DNA of 51,290 nucleotides from an uncultured Candidatus Saccharibacteria bacterium (GTDB lineage: Bacteria > Patescibacteriota > Saccharimonadia > CAILAD01 > BJGX01): the NCBI GenBank assembly GCA_964390265.1, contig CAYMHI010000006.1, positions 6,327 to 57,616 on the forward strand, read 5' to 3'. Positions 9,500 through 19,556 of the stretch are shown one piece after another. Made by a program: the position numbers and the translations under genes. The stretch's first letter is position 1; each line of letters begins with the position of its first letter. The notes under the pieces were generated by a model. The model was not told the DNA's origin, ran no database searches, and saw only the letters and a program-made list of their open reading frames with translations.

Positions 9500-11326
9500 C
9501 TATTTTCTTTTACGTTTATTAGGATCGAGTTCGCGTTTGCGTAATCTTAGAGATTTTGGAGTAACTTCTAATAGTTCATCATCTTCGATAAAATCAATAC
9601 ATTCCTCAAGACTCATTTTGATAGGCGGCATGAGCTGTACAACGCCGTCGCTTGAGCTAGTACGCATATTGGTGAGTTGTTTGCCCTTGCATATATTTAT
9701 CTCCATATCTTCACCACGATTGTTGAGTCCAATGATTTGCCCGGCATAGACTTTTTGGCCTGGTTCTACAAAACAAACTCCACGTTCTTCTACTTTTTGC
9801 AGTGAATAAGCCGTAGCGCTACCGGCCTTAAAAGATATTAGTGCACCATTACGTAGTTGCTTGAGTGCAGGAGTTTGCTCAGTATAACCAATCATTAAAC
9901 TATTAATTACGGCTGCACCTTTGGTGGTAGTCATAAGTACATTACGCAGACCAAGTAGAGCTCGGGTAGGTAATTCGTAAACCAGTTTTGATACACCTTT
10001 TGAGCTACTAAATTGTTCCTTCAGCGTTGCTCTACGGGTACCCAGCTCCATTTGTACGGCACCAACGTTTTCGGGCGGAACTTCGATTATTAGTTCTTCT
10101 ACCGGCTCCATAATTTTGCTATCTTCTATTTTGGTTACCACTTGAGGGCGACCAACTTCTAGCTCAAAGCCTTCACGACGCAGAGTTTCAATTAGCACAC
10201 TTAAGTGAAGCTCACCCCGTCCACTCACTAAAAAGCCAACATCACTATTCTCTAGCTCTAAGCCCACATTGGTCTCGAGTTCTTTGTGTAGTCTATCGCC
10301 AATTTGACGACTAGTGGTAAAATCGCCCTCGGTACCTTTTACCGGGCTAGTGTTGGGGCCAATATAAATCTTAAGGGTTGGTGCCTCTACCTCTAGCACC
10401 GGCAATGCTTCTGGATTATTAACATCGGTAATGGTCTCACCTATTTGAGCATCGGCTACGCCAGTAAGTTGAACTATATCGCCGGCAATTGCGGCCTTGG
10501 CCTCAACGGTAGTAAGACCTCTACTTATAAAAACGTTGTCGATACTTGTCTTGGCTTGTGTACCGTCTTTTTTGCACAGCACTACTGACTCGCCGGGTTT
10601 TACAGATCCCCTATTTACTCGCCCTATAGCATATTTGCCCTTAAAATTATCCCAACGCAAAGCTGTAACCAACATTTGAAACGGTCCTTCTAGCTCTACT
10701 TGAGGGGCTGGTACTTGCTCTACAATGGCGTCAAATAATACATCTAAATTGGCCTCAGCTGTAGTATCGCTAGGCATCTCTGACCATGCTTTACCTTCGC
10801 GGCTAATAGCGTAATAGACTGGGTAGTGCAGTTGATCCTCGTGCACAGCCAGTTCTAAAAACAAATCAGCCAATTCTTCTTCTACATCGGCTACTCGGCT
10901 GCCTGACTTATCAATTTTATTAATTACGACAATTGGCTTAAGACCACCCACCAAGGCCTTTTGCAATACAAACTTGGTTTGTGGCATAGGGCCTTCTTGA
11001 GCATCAACAATTAGCAAACAGCCATCGGCCATATTGAGAGTACGTTCTACCTCACCGCTAAAATCTGCGTGACCAGGGGTATCGATAATATTTATTCTAT
11101 AGCCATTGTGTACCACCGCAGTAGTTTTGGCCGTAATAGTAATGCCCCGCTCACGCTCTTGATCGCCACTATCCATTATAAGATCTTGGCTCATCTCAGC
11201 TTGGTTGTCGCGAAAAGTTTGTGATTGCTTTAATAACCCATCTACCAAGGTGGTTTTTCCATGGTCTACGTGGGCAATAATGGCGATATTGCGAATTTTG
11301 GTGGGATCTTGATTTTGTTCGTTCAT
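9500..11326 (-). CDS. typA: Translational GTPase BipA/TypA
   Basis: G1 [10 protein letters not shown] and the DTPGHADF box. 608 aa with EF-G-like domain order. Confidence 0.93.
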   Translation of the reverse strand: MNEQNQDPTKIRNIAIIAHVDHGKTTLVDGLLKQSQTFRDNQAEMSQDLIMDSGDQERERGITITAKTTAVVHNGYRINIIDTPGHADFSGEVERTLNMADGCLLIVDAQEGPMPQTKFVLQKALVGGLKPIVVINKIDKSGSRVADVEEELADLFLELAVHEDQLHYPVYYAISREGKAWSEMPSDTTAEANLDVLFDAIVEQVPAPQVELEGPFQMLVTALRWDNFKGKYAIGRVNRGSVKPGESVVLCKKDGTQAKTSIDNVFISRGLTTVEAKAAIAGDIVQLTGVADAQIGETITDVNNPEALPVLEVEAPTLKIYIGPNTSPVKGTEGDFTTSRQIGDRLHKELETNVGLELENSDVGFLVSGRGELHLSVLIETLRREGFELEVGRPQVVTKIEDSKIMEPVEELIIEVPPENVGAVQMELGTRRATLKEQFSSSKGVSKLVYELPTRALLGLRNVLMTTTKGAAVINSLMIGYTEQTPALKQLRNGALISFKAGSATAYSLQKVEERGVCFVEPGQKVYAGQIIGLNNRGEDMEINICKGKQLTNMRTSSSDGVVQLMPPIKMSLEECIDFIEDDELLEVTPKSLRLRKRELDPNKRKRK

Positions 11327-11464
11327 ATTGAAAATTTCTAATTAAATATAATAGCGCGATCAGCTTATAATATCGCTGTCGCGCTATCAGTTTAATACTA
11401 TTATATCATAGTATTATACCAAGCACAATACTCAGTATTGTATCTGATATTTCATTAAATATTG

Positions 11465-11492
11465 ACTTATAGTATAGAATGTGCTAGAATGT
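11465..11492 (+). promoter_or_regulatory. Putative sigma70 promoter (TTGACT-16-TAGAAT) driving the GC-rich ORF at 11566
   Basis: TTGACT at 11465-11470 and TAGAAT at 11487-11492. The intervening sequence contains a direct repeat AGAATGT x2. Confidence 0.4.
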
Positions 11493-11565
11493 ACTCATCT
11501 TGGTTGTACTACCAAGCGCAAGTCACCAGATTGGTGTCTGTGAATACCCCCTTACGGGAGTAGAG

Positions 11566-11982
11566 ATGAACTTTTCCAGGACCATACGTATGGCCATCGC
11601 GATCACCGAGGAGCTGCTGAGGGAGGCGTTCTCGGCGACATACTACGCCGACTACACCTACGAGATCAATGCGGTAAACGAGCCCAGCAAGGGCAGCGAC
11701 CTGTCTCGGAGCTACCAAGTCAGCTACCGCAACTTCGAGGTGAAGATCAGGCGCGACGGCGACCCTGTCGCCTTCGTCGAGATCGCTCTCATCGAGTCGT
11801 TCGTGCGAGAGAACGGCTGGCAGGTCATGATGGAGTGCACTGACAGCACCTCGATGTGTGGATCATATACCTTCGCAGGCAAGATGATTCAGGGCCGATG
11901 GCAACTGCGCCGTACTCACCGCTTCGCCTACAGCCAGCACACCGACAACACGCTCGTCTGGGATCCGTACTGGCTGTACTAG
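11566..11982 (+). CDS. Hypothetical protein encoded on a GC-rich island
   Basis: ATG at 11566 preceded by GGGAGTAGAG. The 138 aa are coded with GC-rich codons (GCC, GGC, CGC), unlike the flanking genes. I recognise no homology. Confidence 0.6.
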   Translation: MNFSRTIRMAIAITEELLREAFSATYYADYTYEINAVNEPSKGSDLSRSYQVSYRNFEVKIRRDGDPVAFVEIALIESFVRENGWQVMMECTDSTSMCGSYTFAGKMIQGRWQLRRTHRFAYSQHTDNTLVWDPYWLY

Positions 11983-12064
11983 CTCATCTGAGCCGCCCGC
12001 CGAGAGCGACATCTCGGTGCACCACCCAAGTTTATAAGCTTATTGTAAATTTAGGTGATAAACC

Positions 12065-13642
12065 TCAAAATAACGATTGTTGTTCAAATTCTTGATTAGC
12101 TGCTTGACCTTGATTGGTTACAACGCTATATTTATCACCGTTATAAACTAGGGCATTTAAAAACTCAAAAATTCGTACCATGGCATAAGTATCAAGCTCA
12201 CAATACTGGCGTAAGCTCTCCATTAGTTTAGCTTTCTCGATATCGTTAAATTTATCTTCGTAAACGGATTGCATCCATAACCTTTGAGCAGAACCACCTT
12301 CTTGTATATCCATATCTTTGTAACTAAGCTCGGGGGCAATTACCGGCAAAACGTTTTTGATACTGGCCGAGCCCATAAAATCACTATCTATATAATAGCC
12401 CTCACTAAATGGCTTCATCAAATCAATCACTCGACTATTCACATCTTCTAAAAATTTGGCGTATTCGGGTAAAAGTTTACCCATAAGATCATTGCAGGTC
12501 TTCTCAAAGCCCTCCCACCACACCAGCACTGTACCTCTCTCACCAATGTCGTTCTGAAGTTGTTTTACTAGCTCGGGAACAGGGTTAGTATCTAGGGTGT
12601 GCAAAAATTCTTTGTGTAATAAGTCGCCACCTGGTTTTTCTATTATATGCAGAGAATATTGAAATGGAATTTGATCAAATGGTTTGGTGCCATCAAATGG
12701 CGGCACTATAGAGCTTAGTGTCTCATAATCTAAAAAATACAGAGGATACTCTAAAGAATTCATAAACCTTTTAATCTTTTTGATATCTACAATCGGCTCG
12801 CCTAGTTTAGTTGCCTCTACTTGCCGCTTTTGCTTGGGCTTCAATGTAAAATCATTTGGAATATCGGCAATTGAGCTAATGTGCATATCTTCTAGCTGGC
12901 CAAGTTGCTCGGGGGCTGCAGAACATAGGTTATAAATAGAGTACTTGTCTTCAGTTGGTCTTAGCGCTAAAAAAATTTCTAGCCAGTCTTTAATTGCTCC
13001 CATCTTAGTTCGGCGCGGTGTGGGGTCGGGCATTTCTGTTGATTCAACTACTTTTAGGGCTGCTTCAATATTTCGCTTAGTTGTATCTAACTTCTGCCTT
13101 ACTTTGCTAGTAACATCTTGCTGTACGCTAAGGGAAAGTTCATCTAACGCACCATGGCGCACATACTGATTGTTGCAAAAAACCACGCCAATATTGCGCA
13201 CCCTGTAGCCGGCACCTTCTAATACCGCTACTTGAAATGCCAAGTCTTCTATATGGTCTGCCTTTACCTTGGTGCTAGACTTTATCTCATACAAATCAAA
13301 GGTTTTCTCACCTACTAGCTCTACAATATCAACAATGCAGGTTATTTGTTGGCCAGCAAAATTAGTCTCAAATCTACCTTGTGAGAGAATTTTAGCACCC
13401 TCTCTAAGTGCTTTATGGGTGCGCTCTGGCATACTCAAATACTCTTGGTAGTTATCAAAACCAACTCGCACTACACCTTTAAAACGCTTCTCGGCAAACT
13501 GTTCAAACAAATTACCAGCATCAAAACGAGCCTGTAAGTTGTCGTCAACTTCGGGTAGCATTTTTTTGTCGTGTTTTTTTAGCCACAACCAAGCTGGGTG
13601 CTTAAGATACATTATATATTCAGATTTGCTAAGCGTAATCAT
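12065..13642 (-). CDS. DUF2779-like protein (predicted PD-(D/E)XK/Cas4-like nuclease family)
   Basis: N-terminus MITLSKSEYIMYLKHPAWLWL resembles the DUF2779 signature M..LSKS.F..G.QC.K.LWL. 525 aa. Confidence 0.45.
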   Translation of the reverse strand: MITLSKSEYIMYLKHPAWLWLKKHDKKMLPEVDDNLQARFDAGNLFEQFAEKRFKGVVRVGFDNYQEYLSMPERTHKALREGAKILSQGRFETNFAGQQITCIVDIVELVGEKTFDLYEIKSSTKVKADHIEDLAFQVAVLEGAGYRVRNIGVVFCNNQYVRHGALDELSLSVQQDVTSKVRQKLDTTKRNIEAALKVVESTEMPDPTPRRTKMGAIKDWLEIFLALRPTEDKYSIYNLCSAAPEQLGQLEDMHISSIADIPNDFTLKPKQKRQVEATKLGEPIVDIKKIKRFMNSLEYPLYFLDYETLSSIVPPFDGTKPFDQIPFQYSLHIIEKPGGDLLHKEFLHTLDTNPVPELVKQLQNDIGERGTVLVWWEGFEKTCNDLMGKLLPEYAKFLEDVNSRVIDLMKPFSEGYYIDSDFMGSASIKNVLPVIAPELSYKDMDIQEGGSAQRLWMQSVYEDKFNDIEKAKLMESLRQYCELDTYAMVRIFEFLNALVYNGDKYSVVTNQGQAANQEFEQQSLF

Positions 13643-13762
13643 AGTACAATTATACCTTAAATATCATTGAGTAATTTGTATTCCAAGCTATCATTGCCAA
13701 TACAGCATATATGCTTTAAAATATTTACGATCATTTGTTCCTACCAAAAAGGCCGTGTAGAC

Positions 13763-14281
13763 ATGACAAAACAAGGTGAAAATACTTATTACGATGTATT
13801 AGGCGTACGCCGAGACGCAACAGACAGAGAAATCAAAAAAGCCTACCGACGGCGAGTTCGACAGCTTCATCCCGACACCAACCCCGAAGTTTCGGATGAT
13901 GCGATAATGGAATTAAATAGAGCCTACAAGGCACTTTCTACGCCAGGTCTACGCTCTGCTTATGATAGTTTGCTAGCTCTGGGTGATCCAGTGGCTACTA
14001 CTACGCCAACTCGGCCTAAGAAAAAGACTGTACGTCGCAGGCTGCAAAGACTGCGATTCGGGCTCACAGACTATGTTTCGTTTGTTTACATCTCAATCAT
14101 CGACTTTTTTAGAGCGGTGTTTGTAGAAATAGGCTACTTCTTTGGTAGCATATTTGCCGAGATTGGCTACTTTGCCAGCTCAATAGCAACCAACATAAGC
14201 ATCTACCCCATCATCTCTACTATCATCATTATTGCGCTAATTGCCGGCGCGGCCTTGGTGGGCTTTGTGGTGGTGCACTAA
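13763..14281 (+). CDS. J-domain (DnaJ-like) protein with a C-terminal membrane hairpin
   Basis: YYDVLGV...IKKAYRRRVRQLHPDTNPE carries the HPD motif. The ORF opens at 13667 but the likely start is the ATG at 13763. Hydrophobic C-terminal segments follow. Confidence 0.75.
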   Translation: MTKQGENTYYDVLGVRRDATDREIKKAYRRRVRQLHPDTNPEVSDDAIMELNRAYKALSTPGLRSAYDSLLALGDPVATTTPTRPKKKTVRRRLQRLRFGLTDYVSFVYISIIDFFRAVFVEIGYFFGSIFAEIGYFASSIATNISIYPIISTIIIIALIAGAALVGFVVVH

Positions 14282-14325
14282 CGCCAACCGCAACATACAG
14301 ACCTACATAACTATGTGGGTCTTTT

Positions 14326-15156
14326 TTATTTAGAAATTACGAAATTATCTATCTCGCGGGCAATAATTTTACTATATCCCATATTCAAATCATGGCCAGT
14401 ATTAACTTTTAATAGACTAATATTTGGAAGTTTTTTTGCTAAACGACTTATATTACTACTATTTACCAAAACATCGAATCTACCATATATTATTTTAATA
14501 GGCACACGAAGAGTTGAGATATCAGATATTGCATGTTGTTGTTCAATTGTGTTTTTTAGGCTTTCGTGAAAAACCATCCAGTTTTGCTCGGTCACGTCCA
14601 TACCCCGTATGTTGAGTTTTTTAAGCATCGCCGAGCCTTTAATAGCCCAGTCGGGGTTACTACGTAACCTACGGTAGGCCTTAAAATATAATTCATCGCT
14701 GTTATTTTGCCACTCTAATAGTTTTTGATCATTTAGCTCAGCTCGTTTATAAAACGGTGGGCTACATAATACCATGCCAAGAACCTTATCTGGATATCTA
14801 CTTGCTAGTCGTGTAGCTACAATCCCGCCCATAGAATGAGTCACAAAATATGAGGGTTCCCACTTTCCCAATTTCTTTAGTGTAGCAACAATAGCATCTA
14901 CTTGGTCATCGGCAGTATAACGACAATCATTGGGTTGGGGTGACCTTCCAAAACCAAGTAGATCAAGCAACAATATATTGTGCTTACCTCTAAGTGGTTC
15001 ATAAACGTATTTCCATACACTAATTTTACTTGCAAGGCCGTGTAGAAAAATAATTTGCTGGCCCGGCCCAGCAATAGTTTTATAATTAAGAATATATTTA
15101 GGTTTGAATAATGATTTAAACCAACCTTTAATAATAGTGCTTAATTTACCAAACAT
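14326..15156 (-). CDS. Alpha/beta hydrolase fold protein
   Basis: HGLASK oxyanion region and a THSMGG nucleophile elbow in 276 aa. Confidence 0.75.
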   Translation of the reverse strand: MFGKLSTIIKGWFKSLFKPKYILNYKTIAGPGQQIIFLHGLASKISVWKYVYEPLRGKHNILLLDLLGFGRSPQPNDCRYTADDQVDAIVATLKKLGKWEPSYFVTHSMGGIVATRLASRYPDKVLGMVLCSPPFYKRAELNDQKLLEWQNNSDELYFKAYRRLRSNPDWAIKGSAMLKKLNIRGMDVTEQNWMVFHESLKNTIEQQHAISDISTLRVPIKIIYGRFDVLVNSSNISRLAKKLPNISLLKVNTGHDLNMGYSKIIAREIDNFVISK

Positions 15157-15214
15157 ATATTTTAGTATTCTGACCCACTTTTATACGTTAGCTTGAATAA
15201 TTTGATGAGTTTTT

Positions 15215-15469
15215 TTATTTGCCTTCTCTTTCTACTACAATGGTGCATTCAGTCACCAAAGCGGCAATAGCTCCAACTGCTGCTAGTGGCGGAGCCAATA
15301 CAGCCCCCACCACGCCAACTGTTAGTGGTAGCTCTACTATACTTTTGCCCTCTTTGTTGCGAATAGTAATGCGGCGAATATTGCCCTCGGCAATAAGATT
15401 TTTTACTTTTTTAAGCAAATCTTCGCCGTTAACCTTAAACTCTTCTGTTCTTTGTGATTTGTCGGTCAT
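15215..15469 (-). CDS. DUF4342-like small protein
   Basis: ITIRNKEGKSIVELPLTVGVVGAVLAPPLAAVGAIAALVTECTIVVER matches the DUF4342 core. The likely start is the internal ATG, which has an AAAGGAG SD. Confidence 0.5.
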   Translation of the reverse strand: MTDKSQRTEEFKVNGEDLLKKVKNLIAEGNIRRITIRNKEGKSIVELPLTVGVVGAVLAPPLAAVGAIAALVTECTIVVEREGK

Positions 15470-15511
15470 ATATAACTCCTTTTTTATACTACTATTATAG
15501 CCTATGCGCAA

Positions 15512-16012
15512 TTATTTTTTAGTTTCCCAAGTAATAGTTATTACGCTAACAAACTCTTGCCCGCTAGTAGAATTTACTAAAAACTCAAAACGCTGATTGT
15601 CTTTGGTGTACTCTTGCGAAAATGGTGCATCGCTAAAAGTAACCGAGCTATCTTTGGGGGCCCAACCAAAAGCTTTTAGCTTTTCATCATAAAATTTAGC
15701 GACATCGGCGGCTTTGTCGTTGGAGTACAGAATTAAGCTAATACCGTTTTCTACTTTATCGGTTTTTTTGCTTAGGCTAGTAATCTTGACCACCGGGTAT
15801 TGGGGCAACTCAGCGGCAATATAACTGGTAGGGTAGGTGTCGATACTTTGCGCTACATCTATAGCAGACTGACCTTGATTATTATCTACGGGGTTATTAA
15901 TAAACCTATACACCAACCAGCCCACCAATAGTACTCCAGCTATGGTAGTTGCAACAATAATTATTATTAACTTGGTGTGGCTTGGTTTGGATGAGCTCGT
16001 TATTTGGGACAT
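15512..16012 (-). CDS. Membrane-anchored exported protein of unknown function
   Basis: N-terminal TM (LIIIIVATTIAGVLLVGWLVY) followed by a soluble domain. Confidence 0.5.
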   Translation of the reverse strand: MSQITSSSKPSHTKLIIIIVATTIAGVLLVGWLVYRFINNPVDNNQGQSAIDVAQSIDTYPTSYIAAELPQYPVVKITSLSKKTDKVENGISLILYSNDKAADVAKFYDEKLKAFGWAPKDSSVTFSDAPFSQEYTKDNQRFEFLVNSTSGQEFVSVITITWETKK

Positions 16013-16122
16013 AAATACATTTTAGCACTATTGTATTATTTTTTAATTGCGTTGGGTTGCGTAAGCTTGCACCTATAATGCTTTTGCTTTATGATAATAC
16101 TTAAATATCTAAATTATCATTT

Positions 16123-17718
16123 ATGGCTAAAAAACGAACTAATAAGATTAAAAAGCGAACCTTAAAAAAATCGCCTATTCTAAATTTTGCAAATAAAAAA
16201 TGGCGCCTGATATTTGTAGTTAGTATTGTGGCATTGATTGGCATTGTGGTATTGTTTGTATCTAATGCGAGTGCTCCACCCAGATCGGTCACAGAGTTTG
16301 GTGCCGTAGGAGACGGTGTACACGATGATACAGCTGCCATACAGGCAGGCATAGATGCTGTATCGGCATCGGGCACTTTAGCCAACCAAGCTCAAGAGCT
16401 ACGACTACCTGCTGGAACATATAAAGTTACCAGGCCGATTTTTATGAAATCAAATGTACAGTTTAGAGGTGTTCAAGGTCAAACCAAACTTATGAGCAGA
16501 AGTAGTGTGCCGGGTTCGAGTTTTATTATGTATATTGGCGACGTTCACCCCCAAGCTTTCGATAGTAGGCAACAGCCCAATCAACAATTCACCAATTACC
16601 CGGTAAGAGGGCAGTATACCAAAGACAGTAGCTCAATCACTCTTGCGAATATAGCAAACGTCTCTCAATTTAAAAAAGATGAGTTGGTTTGCATTCGCTC
16701 TACCAAGGAATTTAATAATGGCGTGGGTACAGAAGGATGGTCTCAACCAGACATTGTGCAGTTTAATAAAATAACTAATATAAACGGCGACACTTTAGAG
16801 TTCGCCCAGAAATCTCTAAATACTATTTCTGACCCTCAAGTGTGTAAAATAACAGGTATAGACGGGTACCAGACTGCTGTTCTGGGCACCCAAGTAAATT
16901 GGTATGGTATTCAAAATGTTGAGATTAGCGGCATAACTTTTCAAGATGCCAGCTTTGGCTTAGCCGGCGGTCTTTGTTACGCCTGTTTTGTAAAAAACGT
17001 GAATTTTGAAAACATTACCAAACCAATGAACTTAAATGCTATTGTAAACAGTATATTTAGTAACATAACCGGGACGTACAATCAAAATGCTCTTGAGATA
17101 AAGATGGCTTCATCGCGCAGTAGTTTTAAAAATATTAATATGACGTATGTTGCCCCCAACAATAATCAGGCCCAAGCACATGCCGTAGATGTAGGCGAAC
17201 GCTCGGTTGATATCACACTCAATCAATTAAAACTCAATGTCGGCCCAGAATGGGTGGTAGACCAAAGACTTATTGGAATTGGCGATGCACAAGATGTAGA
17301 TATTATAAACTCTCAGATCAATCTTAGTGGTGGTGGCAAAGCGGCCGTGTTTGAAATACGGGGCAATTACGACTCCCAGTTAGGCGGCTCTGCATTCCCC
17401 ACCGATAAATATAATATTGCCAACAACACCATAAACCTTGGTATTCAAAAAGAACAGTTAGCCATAATGGCCGGATACAACAATAGCTTACTAAGTGATA
17501 TCAAGTTTTCGGGAAATAGATGGCTAGGTACCGAAACTAAAGACGGTACGGCATATTTTGCTCTCGACTACATAGTTAATTGGTCGGTCAAAAATGATTA
17601 TATACCGGTAGCTACCCAAATGGTTGTCGTCAATAACAGCCAACAACCAACACTCGAGAACGTACGTTATAAAGGTAGCGAAGAAAGATCTGGCCCTAAA
17701 AGAAAAAATCCACGCTAA
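16123..17718 (+). CDS. Membrane-anchored right-handed beta-helix protein (pectate-lyase superfamily, glycoside hydrolase 28-like)
   Basis: N-terminal TM, then VTEFGAVGDGVHDDTAAIQAGIDAV, which matches the Pectate_lyase_3 motif GAKGDGVTDDTAAIQ. Confidence 0.7.
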   Translation: MAKKRTNKIKKRTLKKSPILNFANKKWRLIFVVSIVALIGIVVLFVSNASAPPRSVTEFGAVGDGVHDDTAAIQAGIDAVSASGTLANQAQELRLPAGTYKVTRPIFMKSNVQFRGVQGQTKLMSRSSVPGSSFIMYIGDVHPQAFDSRQQPNQQFTNYPVRGQYTKDSSSITLANIANVSQFKKDELVCIRSTKEFNNGVGTEGWSQPDIVQFNKITNINGDTLEFAQKSLNTISDPQVCKITGIDGYQTAVLGTQVNWYGIQNVEISGITFQDASFGLAGGLCYACFVKNVNFENITKPMNLNAIVNSIFSNITGTYNQNALEIKMASSRSSFKNINMTYVAPNNNQAQAHAVDVGERSVDITLNQLKLNVGPEWVVDQRLIGIGDAQDVDIINSQINLSGGGKAAVFEIRGNYDSQLGGSAFPTDKYNIANNTINLGIQKEQLAIMAGYNNSLLSDIKFSGNRWLGTETKDGTAYFALDYIVNWSVKNDYIPVATQMVVVNNSQQPTLENVRYKGSEERSGPKRKNPR

Positions 17719-18074
17719 TTGGTTATTACCAGCTCACCTAGTAAGTAAATAACCACTACTAGGCCTAACAGAATTGGTATAGCTACTATTAACGACCTTT
17801 CTTTGTAGCGAGCTACACTCAAAACTCCAATTACAAATGCACAGATAGCCACGCCCATAGCTACAAGCATTGGCTTGCTTACAAATAAGTTGTCGGTGAA
17901 TGTTTCACCACCCTGCAGATTAAATATCTGGGTTGTCAATGTTACCGAGGCAAGTACGGCCACAAATAATACAATAAGCCACAGTGACCACACAGCTAGC
18001 TGAGTTGAGGGCATTATACGCAGGGTTTTACGCCTGCGAGCTGGCTGCTTCTGATTTGTAGATGAATCAGTCAT
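17715..18074 (-). CDS. Small integral membrane protein
   Basis: 119 aa with three hydrophobic helices. It overlaps the upstream gene by 4 nt. Confidence 0.45.
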   Translation of the reverse strand: MTDSSTNQKQPARRRKTLRIMPSTQLAVWSLWLIVLFVAVLASVTLTTQIFNLQGGETFTDNLFVSKPMLVAMGVAICAFVIGVLSVARYKERSLIVAIPILLGLVVVIYLLGELVITN

Positions 18075-18087
18075 ACGTTTTTAATTA

Positions 18088-18585
18088 CTACTTAACAACC
18101 GATAGTAGTAAAAAGATTAGTGAGATAGGCACACCGAAATCCCACACCAATATCATGGTGTTATTGGGTGCATAGTTTTTTTTACGAACAATCTCTATAG
18201 AGTGGTTTACACCAGCTAAAAACAAAAATGAGATTATAGGTAGGCTAATGGCTACCCAGGCTTGCAGAGTGCCATAGTAAACTACATAAAAGCAGCCGAG
18301 TGCTAAGCCCAGACTTACAAAGGCTATCTCGTACTGAAATCCATTGGTCTTCCAGCCAATACTTGCAGCCATTTTATTGGCGAAAACTGAGTGCATAATA
18401 GAAGAAAACAAAAACACCCAGCCACAAAAGAACAGTATCCACTTGATATATCCTACCAGAGTAACCTCACCTGTCACCGCACCAGGTGCAGCCGAGCCAC
18501 TCAATGCCATTACCCATGCCAACAAAAACATACTCGGCAGCACAAACGATGATATTTTACTACCAATTTTATTCTTTTTTGCCAT
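18088..18585 (-). CDS. Integral membrane protein
   Basis: 165 aa with four or five TM helices. Confidence 0.45.
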   Translation of the reverse strand: MAKKNKIGSKISSFVLPSMFLLAWVMALSGSAAPGAVTGEVTLVGYIKWILFFCGWVFLFSSIMHSVFANKMAASIGWKTNGFQYEIAFVSLGLALGCFYVVYYGTLQAWVAISLPIISFLFLAGVNHSIEIVRKKNYAPNNTMILVWDFGVPISLIFLLLSVVK

Positions 18586-18673
18586 TGTTACCCTTCTTTT
18601 TTAGTTATAAGCTTAAGAATTATAGTATATCAGATAAACCCAATTCACAATATCTATACCAACAAATAAAACT

Positions 18674-18702
18674 TGACTATTACCTTTTACTGTGTTAATA
18701 TA
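18674..18702 (+). promoter_or_regulatory. Putative sigma70 promoter (TTGACT-17-TAATAT) for the GC-rich secreted-protein gene
   Basis: TTGACT at 18674-18679 and TAATAT at 18697-18702, both in AT-rich host-type sequence just upstream of the GC-rich coding block. Confidence 0.45.
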
Positions 18703-18753
18703 GTCTGGTTCAACAGAATACTGTTGTGTACCCGAGAGAAAGTGACAAATCAG

Positions 18754-19206
18754 ATGCGAGTACGTTTTTTTGCAATTCTGCTCCTGGCATCACTGGTGCT
18801 TGCACCACTTCTGCCCACGTCCGCCACTCCGGCCGACGCCCAGCAGGGGCCGCAAGCCGAGAGCATCTCGGCCACCCTCCACTTCACTGAGGCCGACAGC
18901 TACTACCGCACCCGTGTGCCGAACGGCGGCATGTACTGTGAGGGTGCGCTGCGCTACTTCAGGCAGGGTGGCAACGAGGTCACCACCATGAAGATGGCCG
19001 GTATCGAGTGCCAGCTCATGTGGATCCGCGTGGACTACGGCAACGGCTACGAGCCGCCCATTCGCAGTACCACCGTCGGCACCAGCGGCAAGCTCAGGGT
19101 GACTACCCCGCCTTCTCGCCCGTTCGTGAGCGTCAAGTACCACCTGAGAGTGTTCAACGTGGACGCCCAGCAGGAGGTCAGCACCAACGTGGTGCGCGTG
19201 CGGTAG
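18754..19206 (+). CDS. Secreted protein of unknown function encoded on a GC-rich island
   Basis: ATG at 18754 preceded by GAGAGAAAG. Signal peptide MRVRFFAILLLASLVLAPLLPTSATPADA and strongly GC-biased codons. Confidence 0.65.
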   Translation: MRVRFFAILLLASLVLAPLLPTSATPADAQQGPQAESISATLHFTEADSYYRTRVPNGGMYCEGALRYFRQGGNEVTTMKMAGIECQLMWIRVDYGNGYEPPIRSTTVGTSGKLRVTTPPSRPFVSVKYHLRVFNVDAQQEVSTNVVRVR

Positions 19207-19222
19207 CGCCACAAGCTTTACC

Positions 19223-19266
19223 AGCAGCTCATTGCCCATCACCGGGCGATGAGCTGCTTTTCATTT
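19223..19266 (+). terminator. Rho-independent terminator
   Basis: Perfect 10-bp stem AGCAGCTCAT/ATGAGCTGCT, then TTTCATTT. It closes the GC-rich block. Confidence 0.6.
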
Positions 19267-19332
19267 AGAGCAATTTTATTTGATTTTTTACTGGTATATA
19301 TATGGTATAATATAGGCAATAATATTTAATGA

Positions 19333-19554
19333 TTGGAGTTAATTATGGATCTCTTTCAAGCAATTTATTGGGTAATAGCAGGATTAATCTGGATAGCCAT
19401 TGCGTTCTGGCCCGCTAGAGTAGCCGCCCGCAAAGGCCACAGCTTTATTGGATACTTTATATTTAGCCTATTTTTCTTTCCTGCCGCTGTCATTGTGGCT
19501 TACGTAGTTAAAGACCAAAGCCACGCTCAACCTCCTACCACATCTGCAGAATAG
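19333..19554 (+). CDS. Small membrane protein, superinfection-immunity-like (Imm_superinfect family-like)
   Basis: 73 aa. IWIAIAFWPARVAARKGHSFIGYFIFSLFFFPAAVIVAYVV resembles the ..FLP.IIA..R.H.N...I...N.FLGWT..GW motif region. GGAG SD upstream. Confidence 0.4.
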   Translation: MELIMDLFQAIYWVIAGLIWIAIAFWPARVAARKGHSFIGYFIFSLFFFPAAVIVAYVVKDQSHAQPPTTSAE

Positions 19555-19556
19555 AT

